Notes: generated by a model not told the origin, from the sequence alone. Counted from the whole stretch's first letter, positions 38,585 to 50,427 are shown. The stretch is 63,644 nucleotides of DNA, filler included, from Octopus bimaculoides (GCF_001194135.2; 5 parts of 5 records of this genome joined end to end with filler, not necessarily neighbours in it); one strand, 5' to 3'. A program made the numbers and translations.

Positions 38585-38752
38585 CGTTACTGCGCCGGAC
38601 AAAATGCGATTTCTCCCGACATTATATTCTGGTCCACTATACCTTTGATCTTTTTGGTGTCGATAAAATAAATACCAGTGGAGCACTGGTGTCAATGTAA
38701 TTTACTTACACCCTTCCCGCAATTTCTGGTGTTGGGCCAAGATTTGAAAACA
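38585..38752 (+). mobile_element. SINE family A, degenerate
   Basis: gcgccggacaaaatgc...gtcgataaaataaataccagtggagcactgg...aagatttgaaa. Confidence 0.7.
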
Positions 38753-39884
38753 AAATTGTTGAATATTACAGGATTTATATGTGTGTTAAATTATCTCAAA
38801 CTCTTAGCAGTAAAATTCCTGTGTCGTCTGAAGTATGCTTACTTCATATATATTTATAAATGTATCGTACCGATGTATGAAAGAATTAAGACGTTGGTAG
38901 AAATGGGTTTTCACTGGGTTTAGTGATAATGCGCATATATATGTGTGTAGATGGATGTACGTATGCATGTGTCTGAGCCTCTCTCTCTTTCCTTCTCTCT
39001 TTCTCTCTCACCCTTCACTTTGTGTACATATGATTCATAATACATCTTCAGCTGATTATCAGAATACCACGCACCCTAATTTGGATAATCTCCAAACTTG
39101 GTAGATTTATTGAAGTAGGATCCTTGTGCATCAGATGTATTCTCACACACACATAGTAGATACTTATGTATGTAAGTATGTATGTATAATATTTCAACAT
39201 TTCTTGCCAATATACAAAGAGCTGGTTGGTAACATCCAGGGCTCTTTCATTAGAATTTTAACTTCAACGTAGTATTTGTGCATTTTTTGTGTATGAGTGC
39301 AGTATTTGGAGTCATTGCATTTACAGATTCGTAGGTTTGGTTTCATGTATTCTTATTCATATAGTTGCATGTCATGCCATGCACGTATATACTTAAATGC
39401 TATACTTCGAGAAAACTATACAATTTTTTTTACAATTCCTGTGATGACTGTAGTCTTCCAATGAACTGGCTCTTTACTGATTTCCAGAAGCCTATTTTCT
39501 CAAGATAGGTACTTAGGCTATGTGCTACATATCCCAGTGCCCACAAAATTAGAGCTATAAACCGGAACTTGTAATCCAGATAGACTAACTACAGACCACT
39601 GAATTGCTCAGCGCAGCTGCTTTCTTTTCCGTTGATCTTAAGCTTTATGTTAACATGCGCTAGACATCTGACATCCACTACTATATACAGTTTCTATTCT
39701 CTGTCCGAAATCACTATGTTAGGCCAATTTTGTTTACATTTTATTGAGGTTTTCATTGGCAAATTCTACCAGTACTCCTTATTATGAGTGGCTATAGCCT
39801 TTAATATATGCGGCTTTTATTTCTTTGACCTCAGGTTGTCCTTTCCACGATTCTCATTATACGATGCCTTCGCTAGATATGTAT

Positions 39885-40477
39885 GTACATGATGTTCGAA
39901 TGGTGGATGAACGCATGCACAAACAGCTGTTTCATGGTGAGCTTGCAGAGGGGAACCTCTATCGGCGTAATCCTAAAAAAATGGTTTAAGGACGGTATAA
40001 AAACTACTATGAAGTCATTTGGGATGGATGCAAACGAAATAGAAAGCTTTGCATCGGATCGAGCTGGCTGGCGAACAAAAGTGTGGAGTGGAGTGAAAGC
40101 GTGTGAAGAGGCCAGGATAGCACATGTAAAACTCAGATTTAAGGAAGAATGTTACGATTGACGTGAATCACAATGACCTTTTTGTGTGCACAGTTTGTGA
40201 CAGACCATGCCTTTCTTTTACTGGGCTCAAATCTCATTTGCGAACCTATGGAAAACGTACTTCCACCAACTATTCTGCCTATATGTCTGTGGACACCTTT
40301 CAATGTAATGTTTGCCAGACGGTTTGCAAATCTAACGGAGGCCTCAAAAGGCATTTTAAGATCCACAAAGATCAGAACTTATCTGCAACTCTTGGTGGTC
40401 CAAATCTGATGTGCAATATATGTGGATGTCTTTTCAGAACATTGTCTTGTTTAAAACGTTACATCAGATGCCCATGA
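39885..40477 (+). mobile_element. RTE-clade LINE 3' fragment with three C-terminal C2H2-like zinc fingers
   Basis: HDVRMVDERMHKQLFHGEL...FKDGIKTTMKSFGMD...DRAGWRTKV, then CTVCDRPCLSFTGLKSHLR, CNVCQTVCKSNGGLKRHFKIH, CNICGCLFRTLSCLKRYIR. Confidence 0.85.
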
Positions 40478-40540
40478 TGGTTCTGAGGTGTAGGTACAGG
40501 AGGTGATCGAACTCTGCATATGGAGTAAACAAGCACCATG

Positions 40541-40616
40541 TATGTACACGATGTAGAAATATGTACACGAAGCAGAAATATGTACACGATGCAGAAATAT
40601 GTACACGGTGCAGAAA
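40541..40616. repeat. 19-bp tandem repeat x4 (tatgtacacgatgcagaaa)
   Basis: Four adjacent units without spacers. Confidence 0.95.
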
Positions 40617-40619
40617 TAA

Positions 40620-41120
40620 ATTAGACAATACAAAATACCACTTCAGCATTTGGAAAACTAAAGAAAAGTCTATCGGAACACAATGGTTTTCATCTGGTAG
40701 CAAAAATAAGTTTGTACACATCGGGTGTATTAACCGTATTATTGCATGGATCTGGGGTTCATGAAGATCGAACATAGAATGGTTCGAAGGTTTTCATAAA
40801 AACCATGTTAGAGAATTTTTTAGATTTAAGTAAACATATTTGACACCGGATACGGAAGTACTGTGGAAAGCCGGTCGTTGAAGTATGGAGAAGATGACTG
40901 TCTACGCAATACGCAGGATGGACGATATAAATTTGTCTAAAATTCCTTTACGGAAAGCTTTCAAATCAAAAGGTCATGTCATCAGTCACAAAAGCGATTC
41001 AAAGATGTGATTAAGAAAAATTTGAAGACTCTAGATATCGACATTAAAAGTTGAACAGAACAAACTAGCGTAGTATAATTAAAGACGGGTGTAAGTAGTT
41101 CGATGCAAAGCGTATTAAGC
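40620..41120 (+). mobile_element. RTE-clade LINE RT C-terminal fragment
   Basis: AFGKLKKSLSEHNGFHLVAKISLYTSGVLTVLLHGS and QKRFKDVIKKNLKTLDID. Confidence 0.8.
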
Positions 41121-41129
41121 ATTTAGAGC

Positions 41130-41960
41130 TTTCTTCATCTGTTCAATATTTTCAAAACAACTGCACCTGAGATTTTCCTTTAACTTGGCGAACAACCTAA
41201 ATCACAGGGGCCAAGGTCTGGACTGTAGGGAGGCATGAACATCAGAATACAATTTTTATATTCATGCCTCTTACGTAGCTGGTGACCAGGATGAAACCGT
41301 GGTTGGATGTAATGTTCTGGTGTAGGTTTCACCAACCCGACTGGAAGAGCTTTAAGGTTTTGCGACGAAGTCTTTTCTTGAACTCACTCAAAACCTTTAC
41401 ATATGAGCAAAGTTGTGAGGGTGAAAACCTTGCTATCAAAGAAGAAAATCATGATGCGGTTCGCGATGGGCTAGCTTTGCCTGGCCATTTTTTCCTCTGA
41501 GGGAGGTAGGATGCTCTCTCTTAGCCTATGCATCAAAACAGTAGATCCAGATTTTGTCACAGGTGACCAAAGGCTCAAGTACTTTTGGACTGGAGGTAAT
41601 GAGCTCAAGAACCACCCTGCTGTTACCAACGCATCATCATGAATAATTCAGTGAACAGTTAACACGCCAACTCCAAACTATATGTCTATTGACTTTATAG
41701 ACAGACAACAGCCTTCATCCAGAAAATTGCAAATATTTTCAATCACCTGTGATGTTCTGACAGCCCTTTCCTTTCTACACCTTGCATCGTCTCTCACATC
41801 TTCTCAATCATCCTTGAATATTAACCGCTCGCACCAGCTAAAAACAGATATTCGATCATGTAAGTTAATCTATAGTCAGTGTGTAACGTTTTTGCTCAGC
41901 TTAACGCAAACTTTAGTTGCATAGCGAATTTCCATATTGTGTTCACGTTCCGACTTCATT
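41130..41960 (-). mobile_element. mariner transposase relic
   Basis: Minus: MEIRYATKVCVKLSKN..., VTCDKIW (VTGDETW-like); heavily frameshifted. Confidence 0.7.
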
Positions 41961-42664
41961 GTGTAAACTAGACCGCTTTGCTAAAGAGTGTTTTTGGAGG
42001 GTGCGTTGAAAAAGGTGTTACAGCCGTCTCATAAGTCAGGAATGATAAAAGTTATCAGGTAAGCTTATTAGACATATAGTAATGACATACTCNNNNNNNN
42101 NNTTCTCTAAGGGTAAGTCGATAAATAAACTAACAAATAATACTCTCAGATGTACACATAATCCAAGACACGCGTTTCTCTGGTTTAAATGAGTTATAAA
42201 TTGCAGTAGGACGGTATTATAGTATATTATAGTATAATATTAGGTCGTAAGCCAGGCCATATCAATGAATAATTTACCAATACCAGTTGCGATTATTTGC
42301 TAAAGTTTCTAGAGATAATATAATATAGATGTCCATTGTAATATGTGATTGTTTATAATTAATTATTAATATTATGAGGGGTTTTCTCCCTTTGACGGAC
42401 CTTTATTTAAGGAAGAATTTATTTAAGGAGTTATTTAAGGAGAAATTTGAATATGAACTGGACTTAGAGACGATGTTTTTGGTGTTTACTTTTTGTTCGT
42501 TACGTTTTACCCTGAAGATGTGTAAGGTAAATTATATATTTGACTTAAATTTGACAGTTAAATATAGCCTTATACAGAAATGTTGACATAGGAATAAATT
42601 TCAATAATAATGGATATCAGCGTCAAAACTCTCTTTTGAATTTTAAATTTATATATAAATACAT

Positions 42665-42764
42665 NNNNNNNNNNNNNNNNNNNNNNNNNNNNNNNNNNNN
42701 NNNNNNNNTTAATTAATTAANNNNNNNNNNNNNNNNNNNNNNNNNNNNNNNNNNNNNNNNNNNN
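42665..42764. other. Assembly scaffold linker N44-TTAATTAATTAA-N44
   Basis: Identical 100-bp structure. Confidence 0.95.
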
Positions 42765-43769
42765 CAGATCATCCAAACACACACACACACACACACATTT
42801 ATGTATATCTCAGTTAACCTATATGTGTGTATACAAACATGGATTTACACATTTCAGAATCAGATTATTTTAATATTGGCGCCATATTGTGATGATCTGA
42901 TTTTTTTAATAGAAAAATACTGCCTTTGTCATCATTTGATGATCATCCTTAACATCCAAAACATCAACAACAATTTCGAAAAACTTCAGAAATACTGTCA
43001 CAATGAAGACGGAGATGATATTTGTCATTATTTGTCAATTATTTTGCATTTTCACTGAGTTTATTTTAGTGTTACATTGGTTTTCTAGCTTTCTACTATT
43101 ACTATATATTTTTAAAAAAAAGTTAATAGGATATTTTTTATTTATTATATAATTTTTTACAGAATATAGTCATAGCTAATTCTATGATTTTTCTCCATAA
43201 TGTCTGTGTTTATTTATTGTGTGCATTTTTGTCTTTGCATTTTATATAATTTTAAAATTAATGTCATGGACTTTGAAAATAGATGTAATATTATTTATGG
43301 TGATAATTACATTTCTAACTATAACAGAAAATTTTTGATATTAAATGAGTTAAAAGGTAGGCTTTTATAAATTAACACCCAATAAGCATTCATTTTTAAA
43401 ATAATAAATATCGCTTGGATTCTTTAATTTTAACGCTTTTTATTATCGTGGTGGGATGTAACTGAATCCAGAGTCTGGGGATGATAAAGAAAATAAGGAG
43501 GGTAAAGAAAAAATAAAGAAGAAATGAAGAGAAACAAACATGCTGAAGTTCAAGAAGGATATAGAATTTTAAAAAATAGATAATACAAAAACAACTGATG
43601 CAAGAAGGCAAGAAAGATATAAAAAAAAAAAAATTAAAATAATGAAGATTACAAACAAAGAAATGTAAAATACAAAAGAAGTGTCTAAAGAAAAGAAAAA
43701 GAAAATAGCAAAACAAATATATGCAAAATGGCAAAAAAACATTTAGAAAAAAAAAATAAAAGCTAAAGG

Positions 43770-43935
43770 TTACTCTTTTTACTCTTTACTCTTTTACTTG
43801 TTTCAGTCATCTGACTGCGGCCATGCTGGAGCACCGCCTTTAGTNNNNNNNNNNGGTCAGCCCGAGGCTATAGTAGAAGACACTTGCCCAAGGTGCCACG
43901 CAGTGGGACTGAACCCAGAACCATGTGTTTGGTAT
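43770..43935 (-). mobile_element. SINE family B, collapsed around a short gap
   Basis: ttactcttttacttgtttcagtcatctgactgcggcc and gaagacacttgcccaaggtgccacgcagtgggactgaacc. Confidence 0.85.
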
Positions 43936-44213
43936 GCAAGACAAGTAATTGCAAAACAAAGGATTAAAAAATACAATAAGAAAAATCTGGTTTCAATATA
44001 TAAGAAAAAAATTTTTTTATTGGAAAAATAAATTAAACAAATATAGTGATATTTTATTCAAAAAGCCACTATTTTACACAAACTTACTAAATCTTAATTA
44101 TTTTATAAAAGGAAAATTACTACTAATAAAAGGAAATATAGAAGAAATTCTAAAAAAGGACTAAATAGATTAACTAAAATGTACATTTCTGCTTTGGGCA
44201 TCAAAAATCTAAT

Positions 44214-44985
44214 ACTCAAAGAAAGAAAAAAATACTGCAGTAATTGTTTATAATTTTGTGAAAAATGTTGAAAAGGATGGCTTATTGGCTCTTTATTGGG
44301 GACAAAATTTGTATCATACTTTTACTAATGAATGCTATTTGTTCCCAAGAAATGCTGTTGAATATGTGCCATTAAACGTTTTAAGATCACATGATTAGAT
44401 AATCTGAAGATAGTAATTGCAAAATTATTCTATCTGATAATGAAGAACACCTATGCCAGTTAATGAACAAAATCAAGGAAAAGGAGATCAAGAAAATGAT
44501 GAATATGAAATCTAGAATGTCTTTGTGATTTGAAGATGGGTGTCCTGATAAAAAAACTCAACTTATTAAAACAAGGTACCTTCATTAAAACAAGGTACCT
44601 TCATTAAGCTATTCAAGGAATTTCATCAGACTTGACTATTTTGGAAATTAGAAAAAAAAAAATGAAAAAATTAGAAGAATACATTGGCATTCATAGTGAC
44701 TGTTTGTATTGTCTTGGCCAATCTGATTGCACCAACAGACTTGAGCTTCTTAGAAGATTGGCACCACACATTTCAAGACTCAGAACTCTTTTGACTAATG
44801 TGCACAGACTGAGAGCTGTCTGCATTTGGTGGCATCTGTATGACATTGCTCTTCTGGAAGGTAATTGGCCTATGTTTAAAAAGCTGATGAACAAAACCAC
44901 CCTTGCTGTCAATAGTTGTAACATAATTGAGGAACTATAAGAAAAAGAAGAACAAGAACATCATTCAGAAACAGATGTTGTCAAT
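44214..44985 (+). pseudogene. Decayed unclassified ORF (about 260 codons), possibly transposon-derived
   Basis: NTAVIVYNF...LYWGQNLYHTFTNECYLFPRN, frameshift, SEDSNCK...KTRYLH*AIQG...GIHSDCLYCLGQSDC...LELLRRLAPHISRLRTLL; frame is restored by removing the 19-bp tandem duplication at 44565-44602. Confidence 0.7.
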
Positions 44986-45164
44986 TAATTTTCACCTCAA
45001 GTAAAAAACTTTAACAAAGAAATGTAGAAAATGAAAGTTAATGCTTGTGAGATTTACAAATAATGCAGGATCTCGAAATTATAACCTACACTCTTGTCTT
45101 TGAGACAGAACATGTGTGTGTGTGTGTATAAGAAAATGAGATGACAAAGGAAAAATAATTATGT

Positions 45165-45336
45165 TATGAACTTCATCCTGCATTATCTTGTAGCTTTGAG
45201 ATTTCGATGATGTGATTGTACATGTTTTAGACTAATATTGTAGAGTAGGCATGAGAGGCTGGATATGGCTAGGCTAAACATAGAACAGGAAGGATATTTT
45301 GGCTGGATATGGCTTGTTTAAATACTTAGGGGTTAA
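45165..45336. mobile_element. One terminal arm of a TTAA/CCC-ended non-autonomous DNA element
   Basis: Ends ...tttaaatacttaggggttaa; internal ggctggatatggct repeats. Confidence 0.55.
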
Positions 45337-45892
45337 AAGCACATTATTTGAAGTATTTCATCACCGCAGTATAATGTTTTCGCTAAAATCAAAGCAAACA
45401 GGAAAGCGTAGTATATTTTAGTATAATATAAATTATTGCATTTATTTATTTATTTTGTACTGAATTTAACAATTTGTCTTTTTAGAATAGTGTTTATTTT
45501 AAAGCTTTATATATTTGCCAAATCCCTCAAAGCAAACTTATGTCACGACTCACTGTTGACTGTTAGCCACTGTTCTGTTTAGATATAGTTTACTGAAAAG
45601 ATTAAATTGTAATCATATCTCCTCCCTGCAGTGAATTCTAGATAAACTGAATTTCAGATCTGAATTCCTGTCAGGTTGGCACTTGTTTATATTATCAATG
45701 TTATTTTTAGAGAATAGTTCTCTAAAAAGTCAGGTTTTAATGAAACATCTAGAATGATGGTAATTATATTAGGGAAGGTTTGTTTTAATTAGGAATTTTG
45801 TTTCTTAATCCCAATTTATTGTGGTTAGTCTTGACTACTGTAGTAAAAAAAAAATTGTCGACTTTTTCTCTTCTTAATATTATAATTAAATA

Positions 45893-46287
45893 GGTAGCAA
45901 GCTGGTAGAATCATTAACACAGCAGGCAAAATGCCTAGTGGCATTTCATCCATCTTTACATTCTGAGTTCAAATTCCTTTCATCCTTTTGGAGTCAATGT
46001 TGAGCACTGGGGCCGATTTAATCGACTTAGTCCCTTCTCCAAACCTGCTGGCCATGTAATTAAATAGGTGGCAAGCTGGCTGAATTATTAACACAGTGGA
46101 GAAAATGCCTAGCACATTTCATCCATTTTTACATTCTGAGGTCAAATTTTGCTGGGGTTGACTTTGTCTTTCATCCTTTCAGAAGGGTCAATAAAATAAG
46201 TACTGGCTGAGCACTGGGGTCAATTTAATTGATTTAGTCCCTTCCCTGAAATTGCTGGCCTTGTGCTAAAATTTGAAACCAATATTG
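45893..46287 (+). mobile_element. Two tandem SINE family A copies, CpG-depleted
   Basis: taattaaata at 45883, 46057 and 46288 brackets both copies; head CpGs converted to TG/CA. Confidence 0.85.
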
Positions 46288-46323
46288 TAATTAAATAATG
46301 TTGTTTGATGAAAAGTCATGTAA

Positions 46324-46553
46324 TAAACCCTTTTGATACCAACATGCTTGAGACTGCCCCAGATTTTATGATACAAACTTCCTATTATAAAGTGGTCTAA
46401 ATTTAAACCATCCATCAAAATTTTATGTTAATTTCTGTTCTAAAAACCTGTTGAATAATGACAAGGTTATTTTACTGAATTTCTCTTTATTTTCAAAATT
46501 AATTGAAACAAAGGCAGTATATTTCATCAGAAATATGGTAACAAAAGGGTTAA
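46324..46553. mobile_element. piggyBac-like MITE (CCC termini, TTAA-type target)
   Basis: taaa-cccttttgatacc ... ggtaacaaaaggg-ttaa terminal inverted repeats. Confidence 0.75.
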
Positions 46554-46662
46554 ATCATACTGTTTTCCATAAAACTTATTTTTATTTTAACTATGCAACT
46601 TCTCTTCATTTCAGAGAATTTTAATTGAAACAGAAGTAGACATATTGGATTAAAGAATCAAA

Positions 46663-46775
46663 ATGACTGATCAAACAATTCTTTGTTGCTGTGAATATAT
46701 TAACAAAAGTGGGGAGAGAAGTCACATGTTGGCTTGCTGTTGTGATTGTGAAGATTTGGATAAAGCTTGTGATAA
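46663..46775 (+). CDS. ZDHHC23: Palmitoyltransferase ZDHHC23-like, first coding exon (exon starts 46615)
   Basis: MTDQTILCCCEYINKSGERSHMLACCCDCEDLDKACD matches the ZDHHC23 N-terminal LCCCEYIDRNGEKNHVATCLCDCQDLDEGCD; tttcag| acceptor, AA|GTAAGT phase-2 donor. Confidence 0.92.
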
Positions 46776-47019
46776 GTAAGTGTTTTTTGTCTTTTTTTTT
46801 TATTTTTGAGATAATCTATGGCATGCTTTTGGTTCTTCAGAAATGGCAGATTACCAGACTCAGCTTCTTGTAGGTGTTTGTTTCACCATTCTAAAGCTTG
46901 ACTGTACTGATTTTTTTTTTGTGTGTGTATAAAACAGATACTAGTTACATTCTAGGACTGATTTAATTGATCATTTCCTCCTTCTCTAAAGATAATGACA
47001 TAATTATATGAGCAGTAAA

Positions 47020-47345
47020 TACAAAGGTGGAAGTGTAATAGAATGTTAATGAGCCATATGGTCAAGATGAGCTGATAGATAAACTAGGTATAAGAGGAGT
47101 TAAATATAATGTGTAAGGAAGAAGACTGTTGGTACTGACACATTTCATATGAAGGATAACTGATGGATAAAGAAGTTCCAGGAGATCTAAGTAGAAGAGG
47201 AAGATTAAAGAAGACATGTGCTGTAGTGGTAAAAGCTGATCTAGGGATGTTGAACATCACCAAAGAGATGACAGAAGGAATGCAACAAATGGTGCAGACA
47301 TAGAAAAGAAGACATAAAAATGATAATGATGATGATGATTACAAT
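47020..47345 (+). mobile_element. RTE-clade LINE 3' end, degraded
   Basis: GRLKKT..VVKADL motif and (GAT)n tail. Confidence 0.6.
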
Positions 47346-47664
47346 GTTCATCATAATTGTTGTCATCATCATCAGTTAGTTGTCCTTCTTTCTTTTTTTC
47401 CTTTTTAATTCTTTTTCAATAGCTTAGTCATTGGTGGAGGGGTAGCAATCATGACCCCTTTCCAGTACCTCCTTGGCAGTAGGGAAGGAGGGAAGGCAAG
47501 AGAGAGAGAGAGAGAGAGAAGGGGGCTAGAATTGGACATTTGGCCTGAATGCTTGCAACAGTGGACTTTGTGAAAGACACCCAAGTGGTTGGCTAGATTA
47601 GCTAGTGGTGTTAAACTGGGCTATAGATTAAGTCTGTTACATAAGAAAAGGAATACCTCTAAAA

Positions 47665-47820
47665 TAGACTCTCAGAGTTTCCATTTATCAAATTCTACTC
47701 ACATAGCTTTTGTTTGACTCAAACCTAGGGTGGAAGATGCTTATCCAAGGTACAGCATGATAAAATTGAACCTAAAACCATGTAGTTTTGTAGCAAACCG
47801 CCTAACCACACTTCTATTCC
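47665..47820 (-). mobile_element. SINE family B head, degraded
   Basis: agtttccatttatcaaattctactcac...gaacctaaaaccatgtag...cctaaccacac. Confidence 0.65.
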
Positions 47821-47910
47821 AGTACCCATTGTAAGACATATAATGGACTCAGTCCAATTGTCTAAACACCCCTCCTCTTTCTTTTCCCATTTCTTTATAC
47901 CTATTATGAG

Positions 47911-47978
47911 ACTCCGCATGTGCCTTCACAAAGGCCATTTTATGAGATAAAATGGCTTTGTGAAGGCACATGTGGAGT
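47911..47978. other. 31-bp stem hairpin at the 5' edge of a tRNA-derived SINE
   Basis: 47911-47942 pairs with 47948-47978, one bulged G, one G.U. Confidence 0.85.
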
Positions 47979-48105
47979 GGTTAAGATTTTGGGCTCCAGT
48001 GAGTTCAATTTCTGGATCAGGCAGTGTGTTGTGTACTTCAGCAAAGCACTTCATCTCATGTTGTTCCAGTCAACTCAGTTTAAAATGAGTACCAGCTGTC
48101 TCATT
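47960..48105 (+). mobile_element. tRNA-derived SINE (fourth family), degraded
   Basis: gaaggcacatgtggagtggttaag...gagttcaatttc...tgtgtacttcagcaaagcacttcatctcatgttgttccagtcaactcag. Confidence 0.6.
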
Positions 48106-48647
48106 CTCAGTATTTTTGTGCATGTATTTGTATATGACTAAAAGAATTAGTGAAACATATTACATACTATCAGATTGTACTTGCTTGCAAGTAATGTGTA
48201 AGCTTTGTCTGTGTACATGCATATGTGTAAGCTTTTCAATGTTCCATATGTTAACTTTGTTAACACTAACCAATAAAAATTGATGTTTTAATTAGTTAAT
48301 AGTTTCATTTATGTTAGACCTTCCGTTCATGAATGCCTTCACCAAAAATATCTGAAAATATAATTCAAAGACACGTCTGGTATTTGTGCGTGCGTGCGTG
48401 TGTGTGTGTATGCCTGTGTATGTATATATATGTGTCAGTAGGTATGTGTGTTGGTGTATGTATATATGTATGGATGCATGTTTGTGTATGTGTGAAGATA
48501 GAAATGTATATGCATGTGTGTAAGTATGTTCGTGCTGGTGTGTTTATATCTTTAGGTAGTTATGTGTACCTAAACACATACACAATAAATTGTTAATCCT
48601 TATTCGGAGATGTTAAAGAAATTTTCTTTCTTTCTCTTTTTGCTCAG

Positions 48648-49204
48648 TTGCTTGTGCTGTAAAGAAATACCAAGTGATACAATGAGAAACATTACTACTA
48701 CCATATCTGATCGCTGTCGTATTCCCTGGTGCTGCGGTCATGGGGCAATCCAGGTTCGTCTTGATGTCATCGTCCCTGTTGTTGTTGTACCATCCTGTAT
48801 CCTTATAGGCACAGTGGGGCCAATCACCACCATAGTCACACTCATTTTCATGCCGATCATTATGTTAGTAAGTTACCATCTCTGGCGACGCCACCACAGT
48901 AACATGCGGACCAAATTATTTTCTACCTGGGCAAACATATCCATTCTGTTTAGTTATTTTGTCTTTCAAACGTTTGTTGTTGGTTTCCGTAAGATATTGT
49001 TATGGGAGTTCCTATTGCTCTTCACTGCCTTTTTAATCATGCTCTATTGCTTGTATCAGACAAAAAAACAACCAGGAATTCTTATGAAACCAAACTTAAC
49101 AGCTTCCAAACTAAATGAAAATGAAAGTCATAACATACAAGTAGATACTAGTGTTATGATACCAGCTGGAGAAATCACATGGATAGATTCACGACCAATT
49201 GAAG
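48648..49204 (+). CDS. ZDHHC23: ZDHHC23-like, second coding exon (transmembrane region)
   Basis: CKEIPSDTMRNITTTISDRCRIPW..GA...KKQPG aligns with ZDHHC23 CKSLQPETCERIMDTISDRLRIPWLRGA...KKNPG; tttttgctcag| acceptor phase 2, AAG|GTTTGT donor phase 1. Confidence 0.93.
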
Positions 49205-49479
49205 GTTTGTGAGATTTTTTTTCCATTCTGTCTTTTTCTCTCTCCTTTTTTTTTTTTTTTTGATGATGTAAATAGTGTAAGCAAAAAAATGAACTAAAAT
49301 GGATGATCCTAAGGTAGTGAAAAACTCCATGGCGAGCTGAACTGCAGAAGTTCTTCTTATTCCATTCAAGTATTTTAGTCTTAACTCCTTATACTTTAAA
49401 GGAGCCCAGGCCGCATCTATGTCATGAGCCTTGGATACTCTTTTGCTGTCACATTCTGTGCTACTGTCTGCATAGCAAC

Positions 49480-50400
49480 CTGATCCTTTTCATGTGATCA
49501 AGGTGCCCCACAGCCATTATACCTTGGATGTCCTAACCATCTTAATCCAAGACACCAACTGATCATAGAGTAAATTATGTCTTCTGAAATTCACACTCAT
49601 TCCTCCTTGACCAGACCCAGTTAGAACTCTTCTCAGCTGTTTCTGCCATTGCCTTAGAAGCTTTGTTCCTCTTTACTCCAGAAATTAAAGCCCTTTCATG
49701 TGACCATAGGCAGATTTACCCACCCCTCTGCTCTCATTTCTAAGGAACAGACTTTGACTTGGAAACCCGATTCTCTTAGTTTGGTGGCTAAATGCCATAC
49801 TTCACAATCTCATAGATGTGGGCTTCCTTCATTCTGCTTTCATATGGCATAGGGAATTCAATCAGAATTACTTGCTTTGATGAAAGAGTGGAATACAGTA
49901 TCTGGTCTCATACCACTCTTGTTGATGAGGTCTAGGTTATTCTCTCATTCTGGAAAGTCTGTTGTGCACTCCTACTCATTTACTTCTTCCAATAGACACT
50001 GCTTACATTATTCAGTTGGTACAGCTGTTCCAAGTCACAATCTTTTGCTCTCAACCATTTAGAATGTTGGAGGAGCTTCTGGTGGCATCATCTTCCGTCT
50101 TGTAATACAGATCACATGTAAGATCACACTTGATTCTTCCACATGTATCTCCCTTAAGCTAGCATCATTTTGCATGATCTTAGGATATGTTCTATTGTTT
50201 GTTTGCCTTCACTGGATTTGTATTGAAGGGCAGGAAGTCATATACAGGTCCAAAGATGAAACTGATCCTAAGAGCCATATCCAACATGCCATGTTCATTG
50301 ATTTCCTAATTAATACTCTGGAATAAAGATTGAATGATAGTAAAGTGAGGTTATGTTTGTCAGAATATTTGACTGAACTGAAGACTTTATTTAGCTGTCT
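49480..50400 (-). mobile_element. HERO/NeSL-like RLE non-LTR retrotransposon C-terminal relic, antisense in intron
   Basis: Minus: MRPDTVFHS..KQVILIE..PYESRMKEAH (PD..D/E RLE nuclease motif) and upstream CCHC-like relic. Confidence 0.65.
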
Positions 50401-50427
50401 TAAGTCTTCTCTTACGCATATCTATGT

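Noticed and set aside
40541-40616. 19-bp and 16-bp (13208) arrays as CRISPR repeats
   Set aside because: No spacers and no cas genes; ordinary minisatellites
48610-48647. ORF-track start MLKKFSFFLFLL as signal peptide or N-terminus
   Set aside because: It is the intronic polypyrimidine tract; the true start is the ATG at 46663, joined in phase
49209-49214. Alternative donor TT|GTGAGA for ZDHHC23 exon 2
   Set aside because: Phase 2 would put the DHHC exon out of frame; the 49204 donor (phase 1) fits
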